From: Eledone cirrhosa
Lineage: Eukaryota
Direction: 5' to 3'
DNA: 64,000 nt
Assembly (NCBI GenBank): GCA_964016885.1
Contig: OZ024741.1
Coordinates: 309,194,001-309,258,000, forward strand
Position 1 is the first letter of the stretch; each line of letters starts with the position of its first letter. Below, piece after piece: positions 1 through 15,000 of this stretch. A model generated the notes under the pieces. That model saw nothing but the letters and a program-made list of their open reading frames with translations, was not told the origin of the DNA and made no database searches. Position numbers and translations under genes: made by a program.

Positions 1-3000
1 TACTGTAGTTGATGGTGATAATGTTGTTACTGTTGTTGTTGGTGATAATGTTGTTACTGTAGTTGATGGTGATAATGTTGTTACTGTTGTTGATGGTAAT
101 AATGTTGTTATTGTAGTTGATGGTGATAATGTTGTTACTGTAGATAATGGTGATAATGTTGTTATTGTAGTTGATGGTGATAATGTTGTCATTGTAGTTG
201 ATGGTGATAATGTTGTTACTGTAGTTGATGGTGATAATGATGTTAGTGTTGTTGTTGGTGATAATGTTGTTACTGTAGTTGATGGTGATAATGTTGTTAC
301 TGTAGTTGATGGTGATAATGTTGTTACTGTTGTTGATGGTGATAATGTTGTTACTGTTGTTGATGGTGATAATGTTGGTACTGTTGTTGATGGTGATAAT
401 GTTGTTACTGTTGTTGATGGTGATAATGTTGTTACTGTAGTTGATGGTGATAATGTATTTACTGTTGTTGATGGTGATAATGTTGTTACTGTAGTTGATG
501 GTGATAATGTTGTTACTGTTGTTGATGGTGATAATGTTGTTACTGTAGTTGATGGTGATAATATTGTTACTGTTGTTGATGGTGATAATGTTGTTACTGT
601 TGTTGATGGTGATAATGTTGTTACCGTAGTTGATGGTGATAATGTTGTTACTGTTGTTGCTGGTGATAATGTTGTTATTGTAGTTGATGGTGATAATGTT
701 GTTACTGTAGTTGATGGTGATAATGTTGTTACTGTAGTTGATGGTGATAATGTTGTTACTGTAGTTGATGGTGATAATGTTGTCATTGTAGTTGATGGTG
801 ATAATGTTGTTACTGTTGTTGATGGTGATAATGTTGTTTTTGTTGTTGATGGTGATAATGTTGTTACTGTAGTTGATGGTGATAATGTTGTTAGTGTAGT
901 TGATGGTGATAATGTTGTTACTGTAGTTGATGGTGATAATGTTGTTACTGTAGTTGATGGTGATAATGTTGTTACTCTAGTTGATGGTGATAATGTTGTC
1001 ATTGTAGTTGATGGTGATAATGTTGTTACTGTTGTTGATGGTGATAATGTTGTCATTGTAGTTGATGGTAATAATGTTGTTACTTTTCTTTCTGGTGATA
1101 ATGTTGTTATTGTAGTTGATGGTGATAATGTTGTTACTGTAGTTGATGGTGATAATGTTGTTATTGTAGTTGATGGTGATAATGTTGTTACTGTATTTGA
1201 TGGTGATAATGTTGTTATTGTAGTTGATGGTGATAATGTTGTTATTGTTGTTGATGGTGATAATGTTGTTACTGTAGTTGATGGTGATAATCTTGTTACT
1301 GTAGTTGATGGTGATAATGTTGTTATTATAGTTGATGGTGATAATGTTGTGACTGTTGTTGATGGTGATAATGTTGTCATTGTAGTTGATGGTGATAATG
1401 TTGTTACTGTTGTTGATGGTGATAATATTGTTACTGTAGTTGATGGTGATAATGTTGTTACTGTAGTTGATGGTGATAATGTTGTTATTGTAGTTGATGG
1501 TGATAATGTTGTTATTGTAGTTGATGGTGATAATGTTGTTACTGTAGTTGATGGTGATAATGTTGTTACTTTTGTTGATGGTGATAATGTTGTTATTGTA
1601 GTTGATGGTGATAATGTTGTTACTGTAGTTGATGGTGATAATGTTGTTACTGTTGTTGATGGTGATAATGTTGTTATTGGAGTTGATGGTGATAATGTTG
1701 TTACTGTAGTTGTTGGTGATAATGTTGTTATTGTAGTTGATGGTGATAATGTTGTTATTGTAGTTGATGGTGATAATGTTGTTACTGTAGTTGATGGTGA
1801 TAATGTTGTTACTGTTGTTGATGGTGATAATGTTGTTATTGTTGTTGATGGTGATAATGTTGTTACTGTAGTTGATGGTGATAGTGTTGTTACTGAAGTT
1901 GATGGTGATAATGTTGTTACTGTAGTTGATGGTGATAATGTTGTTATTGTAGTTGATGGTGATAATGTTGTGACTGTTGTTGATGGGGATAATGTTGTTA
2001 CTGTAGTTGATGGTGATAATATTGTTATTGTTGTTGATGGTGATAATGTTGTTACTGTAGTTGATGGTGATAATGTTGTTACTGTAGTTGATGGTGATAA
2101 TGTTGTTACTGTAGTTGATGGTGATAATGTTGTTACTGTTGTTGCTGGTGATAATGTTGTTACCGTAGTTGATGGTGATAATGTTGTTACTGTTGTTGCT
2201 GGTGATAATGTTGTTATTGTAGTTGATGATGATAATGTTGTTACTGTTGTTGATGGTGATAATGTTGTTACTGTTGTTGCTGGTGATAATGTTGTTACTC
2301 TAGTTGATGGTGATAATGTTGTTTCTGTAGTTGATGGTGATAATGTTGTTATTGGAGTTGATGGTGATAATGTTGTTACTGTAGTTGATGGTGATTATGT
2401 TGTTACTGTAGTTGATGGTGATAATGTTGTTATTGTAGTTGATGGTGATAATGTTGTTACTGTAGTTGCTGGTGATAATGTTGTTACTGAAGTTGATGGT
2501 GATAATGTTGTTACTGTAGTTGATGGTGATAATGTTGGTACTGTAGTTGATGGTGATAATGTTGTTATTGTTGTTGATGGTGATAATGTTGTTACTGTAG
2601 TTGATGGTAATAATGTTGTTACTGAAGTTGATGTTGATAATGTTGTTACTGTTGTTGCTGGTGATAATGTTGTTACTGTAGTTGATGGTGATAATGTTGT
2701 TTCTGTAGTTGATGGTGTAAATGTTGTTATTGTTGTTGATGGTGATAATGTTGTAACTGTAGTTGATGGTGATAATGTTGTTATTGTAGTTGATGGTGAT
2801 AATGTTGTTATTGTAGTTGATGGTGATAATGTTGTTACTGTAGTTGATGGTGATAGTGTTGTTACTGTTGTTGCTGGTGATAATGTTGTTCTGTAGTTGA
2901 TGGTGATAATGTTGTTATTGTAGTTGATGGTGATAATGTTGTTACTGTTGTTGATGGTGATAATGTTGTTACTGTAGTTGATGGTGATAATGTTGTTACT

Positions 3001-6000
3001 GTAGTTGATGGTGATAACGTTGTTACTGTAGTTGATGATGATAATGTTGTTATTGTAGTTGATGGTGATAATGTTATTACTGTAGTTGACGGTGATAATG
3101 TTGTTACTGTAGTTGATGGTGATAATGTTGTTACTGTTGTTGATGGTGATAAATTTGTTACTGTAGTTGATGGTGATAATGTTGTTACTGTAGTTGATGG
3201 TGATAATGTTGTTACTGTAGTTGATGGTGATAATGTTGTTACTGTTGTTGTTGGTGATAATGTTGTTACTGTAGTTGATGGTGATAATGTTGTTACTGTT
3301 GTTGATGGTAATAATGTTGTTATTGTAGTTGATGGTGATAATGTTGTTACTGTAGTTGATGGTGATAATGTTGTTACTGTTGTTGATGGTGATAATGTTG
3401 TTACTGTAGTTGATGGTGATAATGTTGTTATTGTAGTTGATGGTGATAATGTATTTACTGTTGTTGATGGTGATAATGTTGTTACTGTTGTTGATGGTGA
3501 TAATGTTGGTACTGTTGTTGATGGTGATAATGTTGTTACTGTTGTTGATGGTGATAATGTATTTACTGTTGTTGATGGTGATAATGTTGTTACTGTAGTT
3601 GATGGTGATAATGTTGTTACTGTTGTTGATGGTGATAATGTTGTTACTGTAGTTGATGGTGATAATATTGTTACTGTTGTTGATGGTGATAATGTTGTTA
3701 CTGTAGTTGATGGTGATAATGATGTTACTGTTGTTGATGGTGATAATGTTGTTACCGTAGTTGATGGTGATAATGTTGTTACTGTTGTTGCTGGTGATAA
3801 TGTTGTTATTGTAGTTGATGGTGATAATGTTGTTACTGTAGTTGATGGTGATAATGTTGTTACTGTAGTTGATGGTGATAATGTTGTTACTGTAGTTGAT
3901 GGTGATAATGTTGTCATTGTAGTTGATGGTGATAATGTTGTTACTGTTGTTGATGGTGATAATGTTGTTATTGTTGTTGATGGTGATAATGTTGTTACTG
4001 TAGTTGATGGTGATAATGTTGTTACTGTAGTTGATGGTGATAATGTTGTTACTGTAGTTGATGGTGATAATGTTGTTACTCTAGTTGATGGTGATAATGT
4101 TGTCATTGTAGTTGATGGTAATAATGTTGTTACTGTTGTTGATCGTGATAATGTTGTCATTGTAGTTGATGGTGATAATGTTGTTACTGTTGTTGCTGGT
4201 GATAATGTTGTTATTGTAGTTGATGGTGATAATGTTGTTACTGTAGTTGATGGTGATAATGTTGTTATTGTAGTTGATGGTGATAATGTTGTTACTGTAG
4301 TTGATGGTGATAATGTTGTTATTGTAGTTGATGGTGATAATGTTGTTATTGTTGTTGATGGTGATAATGTTGTTACTGTAGTTGATGGTGATAATGTTGT
4401 TACTCTAGTTGATGGTGATAATGTTGTCATTGTAGTTGATGGTAATAATGTTGTTACTGTTGTTGATGGTGATAATGTTGTCATTGTAGTTGATGGTGAT
4501 AATGTTGTTACTGTTGTTGCTGGTGATAATGTTGTTATTGTAGTTGATGGTGATAATGTTGTTACTGTAGTTGATGGTGATAATGTTGTTATTGTAGTTG
4601 ATGGTGATAATGTTGTTACTGTAGTTGATGGTGATAATGTTGTTATTGTAGTTGATGGTGATAATGTTGTTATTGTTGTTGATGGTGATAATGTTGTTAC
4701 TGTAGTTGATGGTGATAATGTTGTTACTGTAGTTGATGGTGATAATGTTGTTACTGTAGTTGATGGTGATAATGTTGTTATTGTAGTTGATTGTGATAAT
4801 GTTGTTATTGTAGTTGATGGTGATAATGTTGTTTCTGTAGTTGATGGTGATAATGTTGTTACTGTAGTTGATGGTGATAATGTTGTTATTGTTGTTGATG
4901 GTGATAATGTTGTTACTGTAGTTGATGGTGATAATGTTGTTACTGTAGTTGATGGTGATAATGTTGTTACTGTTGTTGCTGGTGATAATGTTGTTACCGT
5001 AGTTGATGGTGATAATGTTGTTACTGTTGTTGCTGGTGATAATGTTGTTATTGTAGTTGATGGTGATAATGTTGTTACTGTTGTTGATGGTGATAATAAT
5101 GTTACTGTTGTTGCTGGTGATAATGTTGTTACTGTAGTTGATGGTGATAATGTTGTTTCTGTAGTTGATGGTGATAATGTTGTTATTGTAGTTGATGGTG
5201 ATAATGTTGTTACTGTAGTTGATGGCGATAATGTTGTTACTGTTGTTGATGGTGATAATGTTGTTACTGTAGTTGATGGTGATAATGTTGTTACTGTAGT
5301 TGATGGTGATAATGTTGTTATTGTAGTTGATGGTGATAATGTTGTTACTGTAGTTGATGGTGATAATGTTGTTACTGTTGTTGCTGGTAATAATGTTGTT
5401 ACTGTAGTTGATGGTGATATTGTTGTTACTGTAGTTGATGGTGATAATGTTGTTATTGTAGTTGATGGTGATAATGTTGTTACTGTAGTTGATGGTGATA
5501 ATGTTGTTACTGTAGTTGATGGTGATAATGTTATTACTGTAGTTGATGATGATAATGTTGTTATTGTAGTTGATGGTGATAATGTTATTACTGTAGTTGA
5601 CGGTGATAACGTTGTTACTGTAGTTGATGGTGATAATGTTGTTACCGTTGTTGATGGTGATAATGTTGTTACTGTAGTTGATGGTGATAATGTTGTTACT
5701 GTAGTTGATGGTGATAATGTTGTTACTGTAGTTGATGGTGATAATGTTGTTACTGTAGTTGATGGGGATAATGTTGTTACTGTAGTTGATGGTGATAATG
5801 TTGTTACTGTTGTTGTTGGTGATAATGTTGTTACTGTAGTTGATGGTGATAATGTTGTTACTGTTGTTGATGGTAATAAAGTTGTTATTGTAGTTGATGG
5901 TGATAATGTTGTTACTGTTGTTGATGGTAATAAAGTTGTTATTGTAGTTGATGGTGATAATGTTGTTACTGTAGTTGATGGTGATAATGTTGTTACTGTT

Positions 6001-9000
6001 GTTGATGGTGATAATGTTGTTACTGTAGTTGATGGTGATAACGTTGTTACTGTAGTTGATGGTGATAATGTTGTTACTCTAGTTGATGGTGATAATGTTG
6101 TTACTGTTGTTGATGGTGATAATGTTGTTACTGTAGTTGATGGTGATAATGTTGTTACTCTAGTTGATGGTGATAATGTTGTCATTGTAGTTGATGGTAA
6201 TAATGTTGTTACTGTTGTTGATGGTGATAATGTTGTCATTGTAGTTGATGGTGATAATGTTGTTACTGTTGTTGCTGGTGATAATGTTGTTATTGTAGTT
6301 GATGGTGATAATGTTGTTACTGTAGTTGATGGTGATAATGTTGTTATTGTAGTTGATGGTGATAATGTTGTTACTGTAGTTGATGGTGATAATGTTGTTA
6401 TTGTAGTTGATGGTGATAATGTTGTTATTGTTGTTGATGGTGATAATGTTGTTACTGTAGTTGATGGTGATAATATTGTTACTCTAGTTGATGGTGATAA
6501 TGTTGTCATTGTAGTTGATGGTAATAATGTTGTTACTGTTGTTGATGGTGATAATGTTGTCATTGTAGTTGATGGTGATAATGTTGTTACTGTTGTTGCT
6601 GGTGATAATGTTGTTATTGTAGTTGATGGTGATAATGTTGTTACTGTAGTTGATGGTGATAATGTTGTTATTGTAGTTGATGGTGATAATGTTGTTACTG
6701 TAGTTGATGGTGATAATGTTGTTATTGTAGTTGATGGTGATAATGTTGTTATTGTTGTTGATGGTGATAATGTTGTTACTGTAGTTGATGGTGATAATGT
6801 TGTTACTGTAGTTGATGGTGATAATGTTGTTACTGTAGTTGATGGTGATAATGTTGTTATTGTAGTTGATGGTGATAATGTTGTTGTTGTAGTTGATGGT
6901 GATAATGTTGTTACTGTAGTTGATGGTGATAATGTTGTTACTGTAGTTGATGGTCATAATGTTGTTATTGTTGTTGATGGTGATAATGTTGTTACTGTTG
7001 TTGCTGGTGATAATGTTGTTATTGTAGTTGATGGTGATAATGTTGTTACTGTAGTTGATGGTGATAATGTTGTTACTGTAGTTGATGGTGATAATGTTGT
7101 TACTGTTGTTGCTGGTGATAATGTTGTTACCGTAGTTGATGGTGATAATGTTGTTACTGTTGTTGCTGGTGATAATGTTGTTATTGTAGTTGATGGTGAT
7201 AATGTTGTTACTGTTGTTGATGGTGATAATAATGTTACTGTTGTAGCTGGTGATAATGTTGTTACTGTAGTTGATGGTGATAATGTTGTTTCTGTAGTTG
7301 ATGGTGATAATGTTGTTATTGTAGTTGATGGTGATAATGTTGTTACTGTAGTTGATGGCGATAATGTTGTTACTGTTGTTGATGGTGATAATGTTGTTAC
7401 TGTAGTTGATGGTGATAATGTTGTTACTGTAGTTGATGGTGATAATGTTGTTATTGTAGTTGATGGTGATAATGTTGTTACTGTAGTTGATGGTGATAAT
7501 GTTGTTACTGTTGTTGCTGGTACTAATGTTGTTACTGTAGTTGATGGTGATATTGTTGTTACTGTAGTTGATGGTGATAATGTCGTTATTGTAGTTGATG
7601 GTGATAATGTTGTTATTGTAGTTGATGGTGATAATGTTGTTACTGTAGTTGATGGTGATAATGTTGTTACTGTTGTTGCTGGTGATAATGTTGTTTCTGT
7701 AGTTGATGGTGATAATGTTGTTATTGTAGTTGATGGTGATAATGTTGTTACTGTAGTTGATGGTGATAATGTTATTACTGTAGTTGATGGTGATAATGTT
7801 GTTACTGTAGTTGATGGTGATAATGTTATTACTGTAGTTGATGATGATAATGTTGTTATTGTAGTTGATGGTGATAATGTTGTTATTGTAGTTGATGGTG
7901 ATAATGTTATTACTGTAGTTGATGGTGATAATGTTGTTATTGTAGTTGATGGTGATAATGTTGTTACTGTAGTTGATGGTGATAATGTTATTACTGTAGT
8001 TGATGATGATAATGTTGTTATTGTAGTTGATGGTGATAATGTTATTACTGTAGTTGATGATGATAATGTTGTTATTGTAGTTGATGGTGATAATGTTATT
8101 ACTGTAGTTGACGGTGATAACGTTGTTACTGTAGTTGATGGTAATAATGTTGTTACCGTTGTTGATGGTGATAATGTTGTTACTGTAGTTGATGGTGATA
8201 ATGTTGTTACTGTAGTTGATGGTGATAATGTTGTTACTGTAGTTGATGGTGATAATGTTGTTACTGTAGTTGATGGTGATAATGTTGTTACTGTAGTTGA
8301 TGGTGATAATGTTGTTACTGTTGTTGTTGGTGATAATGTTGTTACTGTAGTTGATGGTGATAATGTTGTTACTGTTGTTGATGGTAATAAAGTTGTTATT
8401 GTAGTTTATGGTGATAATGTTGTTACTGTAGTTGATGGTGATAATGTTGTTACTGTTGTTGATGGTGATAATGTTGTTACTGTAGTTGATGGTGATAACG
8501 TTGTTACTGTAGTTGATGGTAATAATGTTGTTACTGTTGTTGATGTTGATAATGTTGTTACTGTAGTTGATGGTGATAATGTTGTTACTGTAGTTGATGG
8601 TGATAATGTTGTTATTGTAGTTGATGGTGATAATGTATTTACTGTTATTGATGGTGATAATGTTGTTAATGTTGTTGATGGTGATAATGTTGGTACTGTT
8701 GTTGATGGTGATAATGTTGTTACTGTTGTTGATGGTGATAATGTATTTACTGTTGTTGATGGTGATAATGTTGTTACTGTAGTTGATGGTGATAATGTTG
8801 TTACTGTTGTTGATGGTGATAATGTTGTTACTGTAGTTGATGGTGATAATGATGTTACTGTTGTTGATGGTGATAATGTTGTTACTGTTGTTGATGGTGA
8901 TAATGTTGTTATTGTAGTTGATGGTGATAATGTTGTTACTGTAGTTGATGGTGATAATGTTGTTATTGAAGTTGATGGTGATAATGTTGTTATTGTAGTT

Positions 9001-12000
9001 GATGGTGATAATGTTGTTACTGTTGTTGATGGTGATAATGTTGTTACTGTAGTTGATGGTGATAATGTTGTGACTGTTGTTGATGGTGATAATGTTGTTA
9101 TTGTTGTTGATGGTGATAATGTTGTTACTGTAGTTGATGGTGATAATGTTGTTACTGAAGTTGATGGTGATAATGTTGTGACTGTAGTTGATGGTGATAA
9201 TGTTGTTATTGTAGTTGATGGTGATAATGTTGTGACTGTTGTTGATGGTGATAATGTTGTTACTGTAGTTGATGGTGATAATGTTGTTAATGTTGTTGAT
9301 GGTGATAATGTTGTTACTGTAGTTGATGGTGATAATGTTGTTACTGTTGTTGCTGGTGATAATGTTGTTACTGTATTTCATGGTGATAATGTTGTTACTG
9401 TAGTTGATGGTGATAATGTTGTTACTGTAGTTGATGGTGATAATGTTGTTACTGTAGTTGATGGTGATAATGTTGTTATTGTTGTTGATGGTGATAATGT
9501 TGTTACTCTAGTTGATGGTGATAATGTTGTTACTGAAGTTGATGGTGATAATGTTGTTACTGTTGTTGCTGTTGATAATGTTGTTACCGTAGTTGATGGT
9601 GATCATGTTGTTACTGTTGTTGCTGGTGATAATGTTGTTATTGTAGTTGATGGTGATAATGTTGTTACTGTAGTTGATGGTGATAATGTTGTTACTGTAG
9701 TTGATGGTGATAATGTTGTTAACGTAGTTGATGGTGATAATGTTGTTACTGTTGTTGCTGGTGATAATGTTGTTATTGTAGTTGATGGTGATAATGTTGT
9801 TACTGTTGTTGATGGTGATAATAATGTTACTGTTGTTCCTGGTGATAATGTTGTTACTGTAGTTGATGGTGATAATGTTGTTTCTGTAGTTGATGGTGAT
9901 AATGTTGTTATTGTAGTTGATGGTGATAATGTTGTTACTGTAGTTGATGGTGATAATGTTGTTACTGTTGTTGATGGTGATAATGTTGTTACTGTAGTTG
10001 ATGGTGATAATGTTGTTACTGTAGTTGATGGTGATAATGTTGTTATTGTAGTTGATGGTGATAATGTTGTTACTGTAGTTGATGGTGATAATGTTGTTAC
10101 TGTAGTTGATGGTGATAATGTTGTTATTGTAGTTGATGGTGATAATGTTGTTACTGTAGTTGATGGTGATAATGTTGTCACTGTAGTTGCTGGTGATAAT
10201 GTTGGTACTGTAGTTGATGGTGATAATGTTGTTACTGTTGTTGCTGGTGATAATTTTGTTACTGTAGTTGATGGTGATAATGTTGTTACTGTAGTTGATG
10301 GTGATAATGTTGTTATTGTAGTTGATGGTGATAATCTTGTTATTGTAGTTGATGGTGATAATGTTGTTACTGTAGTTGATGGTGATAATATTGTTACTGT
10401 TGTTGCTGGTGATAATGTTGTTTCTGTAGTTGATGGTGATAATGTTTTTATTGTAGTTGATGGTGATAATGTTGTTACTGTAGTTGATGGTAATAATGTT
10501 GGTACTGTAGTTGATGGTGATAATGTTGTTATTGTAGTTGATGGTGATAATGTCGTTACTGTAGTTGCCGGTGATAATGTTGTTACTGTAGTTGATGGTG
10601 ATAATGTTGTTACTGTAGTTGATGGTGATAATGTTGTTACTGTAGTTGATGGTGATAATGTTGTGACTGTAGTTGATGGTGATAATGTTGTTATTGTAGT
10701 TGATGGTGATAATGTTGTTACTGTAGTTGATGGTGATAAGGTTGTTACTGTAGTTGATGGTGATAATGTTGTTACTGTTGTTGCTGGTGATAATGTTGTT
10801 ACTGTAGTTGATGGTGATAATGTTGTTACTGTAGTTGATGGTGATAATGTTGTTATTGTAGTTGATGGTGATAATGTTGTTACTGTAGTTGATGCTGATA
10901 ATGTTGTTACTGTTGTTGCTGGTGATAATGTTGTTTCTGTAGTTGATGGTGATAATGTTGTTATTGTAGTTGATGGTGATAATGTTGTTACTGTAGTTGA
11001 TGGTGATAATTTTGTTACTGTAGTTGATGGTGATAATGTTGTTATTGTAGTTGATGGTGATAATATTGTTACTGTAGTTGCTGGTGATAATGTTGTTACT
11101 GTAGTTGATGGTGATAATGTTGTTACTGTAGTTGATGGTGATAATGTTGTTACTGTAGTTGATGGTGATAATGTTGTTACTGTAGTTGATGGTGATAATG
11201 TTGTTACTGTAGTTGATGGTGATAATGTTTTTACTGTTGTTGATGGTGATAATGTTGTTACTGTAGTTGATGGTGATATTATTGTTACTGTTGTTGATGG
11301 TGATAATGTTGTTACTGTAGTTGATGGTGATAATGATGTTACTGTTGTTGATGGTGATAATGTTGTTACCGTAGTTGATGGTGATAATCTTGTTACTGTT
11401 GTTGCTGGTGATAATGTTGTTACTGTAGTTGATGGTGATAATGTTGTTACTGTTGTTGCTGGTGATAATGTTGTTACTGTAGTTGATGGTGATAATGTTG
11501 TTACTGTTGTTGCTGGTGATAATGTTGTTACTGTAGTTGATGGTGATAATGTTGTTACTGCAGTTGATGGTGATAATGTTGTTATTGTAGTTGATGGTGA
11601 TAATGTTGTTATTGTAGTTGATGGTGATAATGTTGTTACTGTAGTTGATGGTGATAATGTTGTTACTGTTGTTGCTGGTGATAATGTTGTTTCTGTAGTT
11701 GATGATGATAATGTTGTTATTGTAGTTGATGGTGATAATGTTGTTACTGTAGTTGATGGTGATAATGTTGTTACTGTAGTTGATGGTGAAAATGTTGTTA
11801 TTGTAGTTGATGGTGATAATGTTGTTATTGTAGTTGATGGTGATAATGTTGTTACTATACTTGATGGTGATAATGTTGTTACTGTTGTTGCTGGTGATAA
11901 TGTTGTTTCTGTAGTTGATGGTGATAATGTTGTTATTGTAGTTGATGGTGATAATGTTGTTACTGTAGTTGATGGTGATAATGTTGTTACTGTAGTTGAT

Positions 12001-15000
12001 GGTGACAATGTTGTTACTGTAGTTGATGGTGACAATGTTGTTACTGTAGTTGATGGTGACAATGTTGTTACTGTTGTTGATGGTGATAATGTTGTTACTG
12101 TAGTTGATGGTGATAACGTTGTTACTGTAGTTGATGGTGATAATGTTGTTATTGTAGTTGATGGTGATAATGTTATTACTGTAGTTGACGGTGATAATGT
12201 TGTTACTCTAGTTGATGGTGATAATGTTGTTACTGTTGTTGATGGTAATAATGTTGTTACTGTAGTTGATGGTGATAATGTTGTTACTGTAGCTGATGGT
12301 GATAATATTGTTATTGTAGTTGATGGTGATAATGTATTTACTGTTGTTGATGGTGATAATGTTGTTACTGTTGTTGATGGTGATCATGTTGGTACTGTTG
12401 TTGATGGTGATAATGTTGTTACTGTTGTTGATGGTGATAATGTATTTACTGTTGTTGATGGTGATAATGTTGTTACTGTAGTTGATGGTGATAATATTGT
12501 TACTGTTGTTGATGGTGATAATGTTGTTACTGTAGTTGATGGTGATAATGATGTTACTGTTGTTGATGGTGATAATGTTGTTACCGTAGTTGATGGTGAT
12601 AATGTTGTTACTGTTGTTGCTGGTGATAATGTTGTTATTGTAGTTGATGGTGATAATGTTGTTACTGTAGTTGATGGTGATAATGTTGTTACTGTAGTTG
12701 ATGGTGATAATGTTGTTACTGTAGTTGATGGTGATAATGTTGTTACTGTTGTTGATGGTGATAATGTTGTTACTGTAGTTGATAGTGATAATGTTGTTAC
12801 TGTAGTTGATGGTGACAATGTTGTTACTGTAGTTGATGGTGATAATGTTGTTACTGTTGTTGATGGTGATAATGTTGTTATTGTAGTTGATGGTGATAAT
12901 TTTGTTATTGTAGTTGATGGCGATAATGTTGTTACTGTTGTTGATGGTGATAATGTTGTTATTGTAGTTGGTGGTGATAATGTTGTTATTGTAGTTGATG
13001 GTGTTAATGTTGTTACTGTTGTTGATGGTGATAATGTTGTTACTGTAGTTAATGGTGATAATGTTGTTACTGTAGTTGATGGTGATAATGTTGTTATTGT
13101 TGTTGATGGTGATAATATTGTTACTGTAGTTGATGGTGATAATGTTGTTATTGTAGTTGATGGTGATAATGTTGTTACTCTTGTTGATGGTGATAATGTT
13201 GTTACAGTAGTTGATGGTGATAATGTTGTTATTGTTGTTGATGGTGATAATGTTGTTACTGTAGTTGATGGTGATAATGTTGTTATTGTAGTTGATGGTG
13301 ATAATGTTGTTACTGTAGTTGATGGTGATAATGTTGTGTCTGTTGTTGATGGTGATAATGTTGTTATTGTAGTTGATGGTGATAATGTTGTTATTGTAGT
13401 TGATGGTGATAATGTTGTTATTGTAGTTGATGGTGATAATATTGTTACTGTTGTTGATGGTGATAATCTTGTTATTGTAGTTGATGGTGATAATGTTGTT
13501 ACTGTAGTTGATGGTGATAATGTTGTTACTGTTGTTGATGGTGATACTGTTGTTACTGTTGTTGATGGTGATAATGTTGTTACTGTTGTTGATGGTGATA
13601 ATGTTGTTACTGTTGTTGATGGTGATAATGTTGTTATTGTAGTTGATGGTGATAATGTTGTTACTGTAGTTGATGGTGATAATGTTGTTACTGTAGTTGA
13701 TGGTGATAATGTTGTTACTGTTGTTGATGGTGATAATGTTGTTATTGTAGTTGATGGTGATAATGTTGTTATTGTTGTTGATGGTGATAATGTTGTTACT
13801 GTAGTTGACGGTGATAATGTTGTTACCGTAGTTGATGGTGATAATGTTGTTATTGTAGTTGATGGTGATAATGTTGTTACTGTAGATGATGGTGATACTG
13901 TTGTTATTGTAGTCGATGGTGATAATGTTGTTACTGTTGTTGATGGTGATAATGTTGTTATTGTTGTTGATGGTGATAATATTGTTACTGTAGTTGATGG
14001 TGATAATGTTGTTATTGTAGTTGATGGTGATAATGTTGTTACTCTTGTTGATGGTGATAATGGTGTTACTGTAGTTGATGGTGATAATGTTGTTATTGTT
14101 GTAGATGGTGATAATGTTGTTACTGTAGTTGATGGTGATAATGTTGTTATTGTAGTTGATGGTGATAATGTTGTTACTGTAGTTGATGGTGATAATGTTG
14201 TGTCTGTTGTTGATGGTGATAATGTTGTTATTGTAGTTGATGGTGATAATGTTGTTATTGTAGTTGATGGTGATAATGTTGTTATTGTAGTTGATGGTGA
14301 TAATGTTGTTACTGTTGTTGATGGTGATAATCTTGTTATTGTAGTTGATGGTGATAATGTTGTTATTGTAGTTGATGGTGATAATGTTGTTACTGTAGTT
14401 GATGGTGATAATGTTGTTACTGTTGTTGCTGGTGATAATGTTGTTTCTGTAGTTGATGATGATAATGTTGTTATTGTAGTTGATGGTGATAATGTTGTTA
14501 CTGTAGTTGATGGTGATAATGTTGTTACTGTAGTTGATGGTGAAAATGTTGTTATTGTAGTTGATGGTGATAATGTTGTTATTGTAGTTGATGGTGATAA
14601 TGTTGTTACTATAGTTGATGGTGATAATGTTGTTACTGTTGTTGCTGGTGATAATGTTGTTTCTGTAGTTGATGGTGATAATGTTGTTATTGTAGTTGAT
14701 GGTGATAATGTTGTTACTGTTGTTGATGGTGATAATGTTGTTACTGTAGTTGATGGTGACAATGTTGTTACTGTAGTTGATGGTGACAATGTTGTTACTG
14801 TTGTTGATGGTGATAAATGTTGTTACTGTAGTTGATGGTGATAACGTTGTTACTGTAGTTGATGGTGATAATGTTGTTATTGTAGTTGATGGTGATAATG
14901 TTATTACTGTAGTTGACGGTGATAATGTTGTTACTCTAGTTGATGGTGATAATGTTGTTACTGTTGTTGATGGTAATAATGTTGTTACTGTAGTTGATGG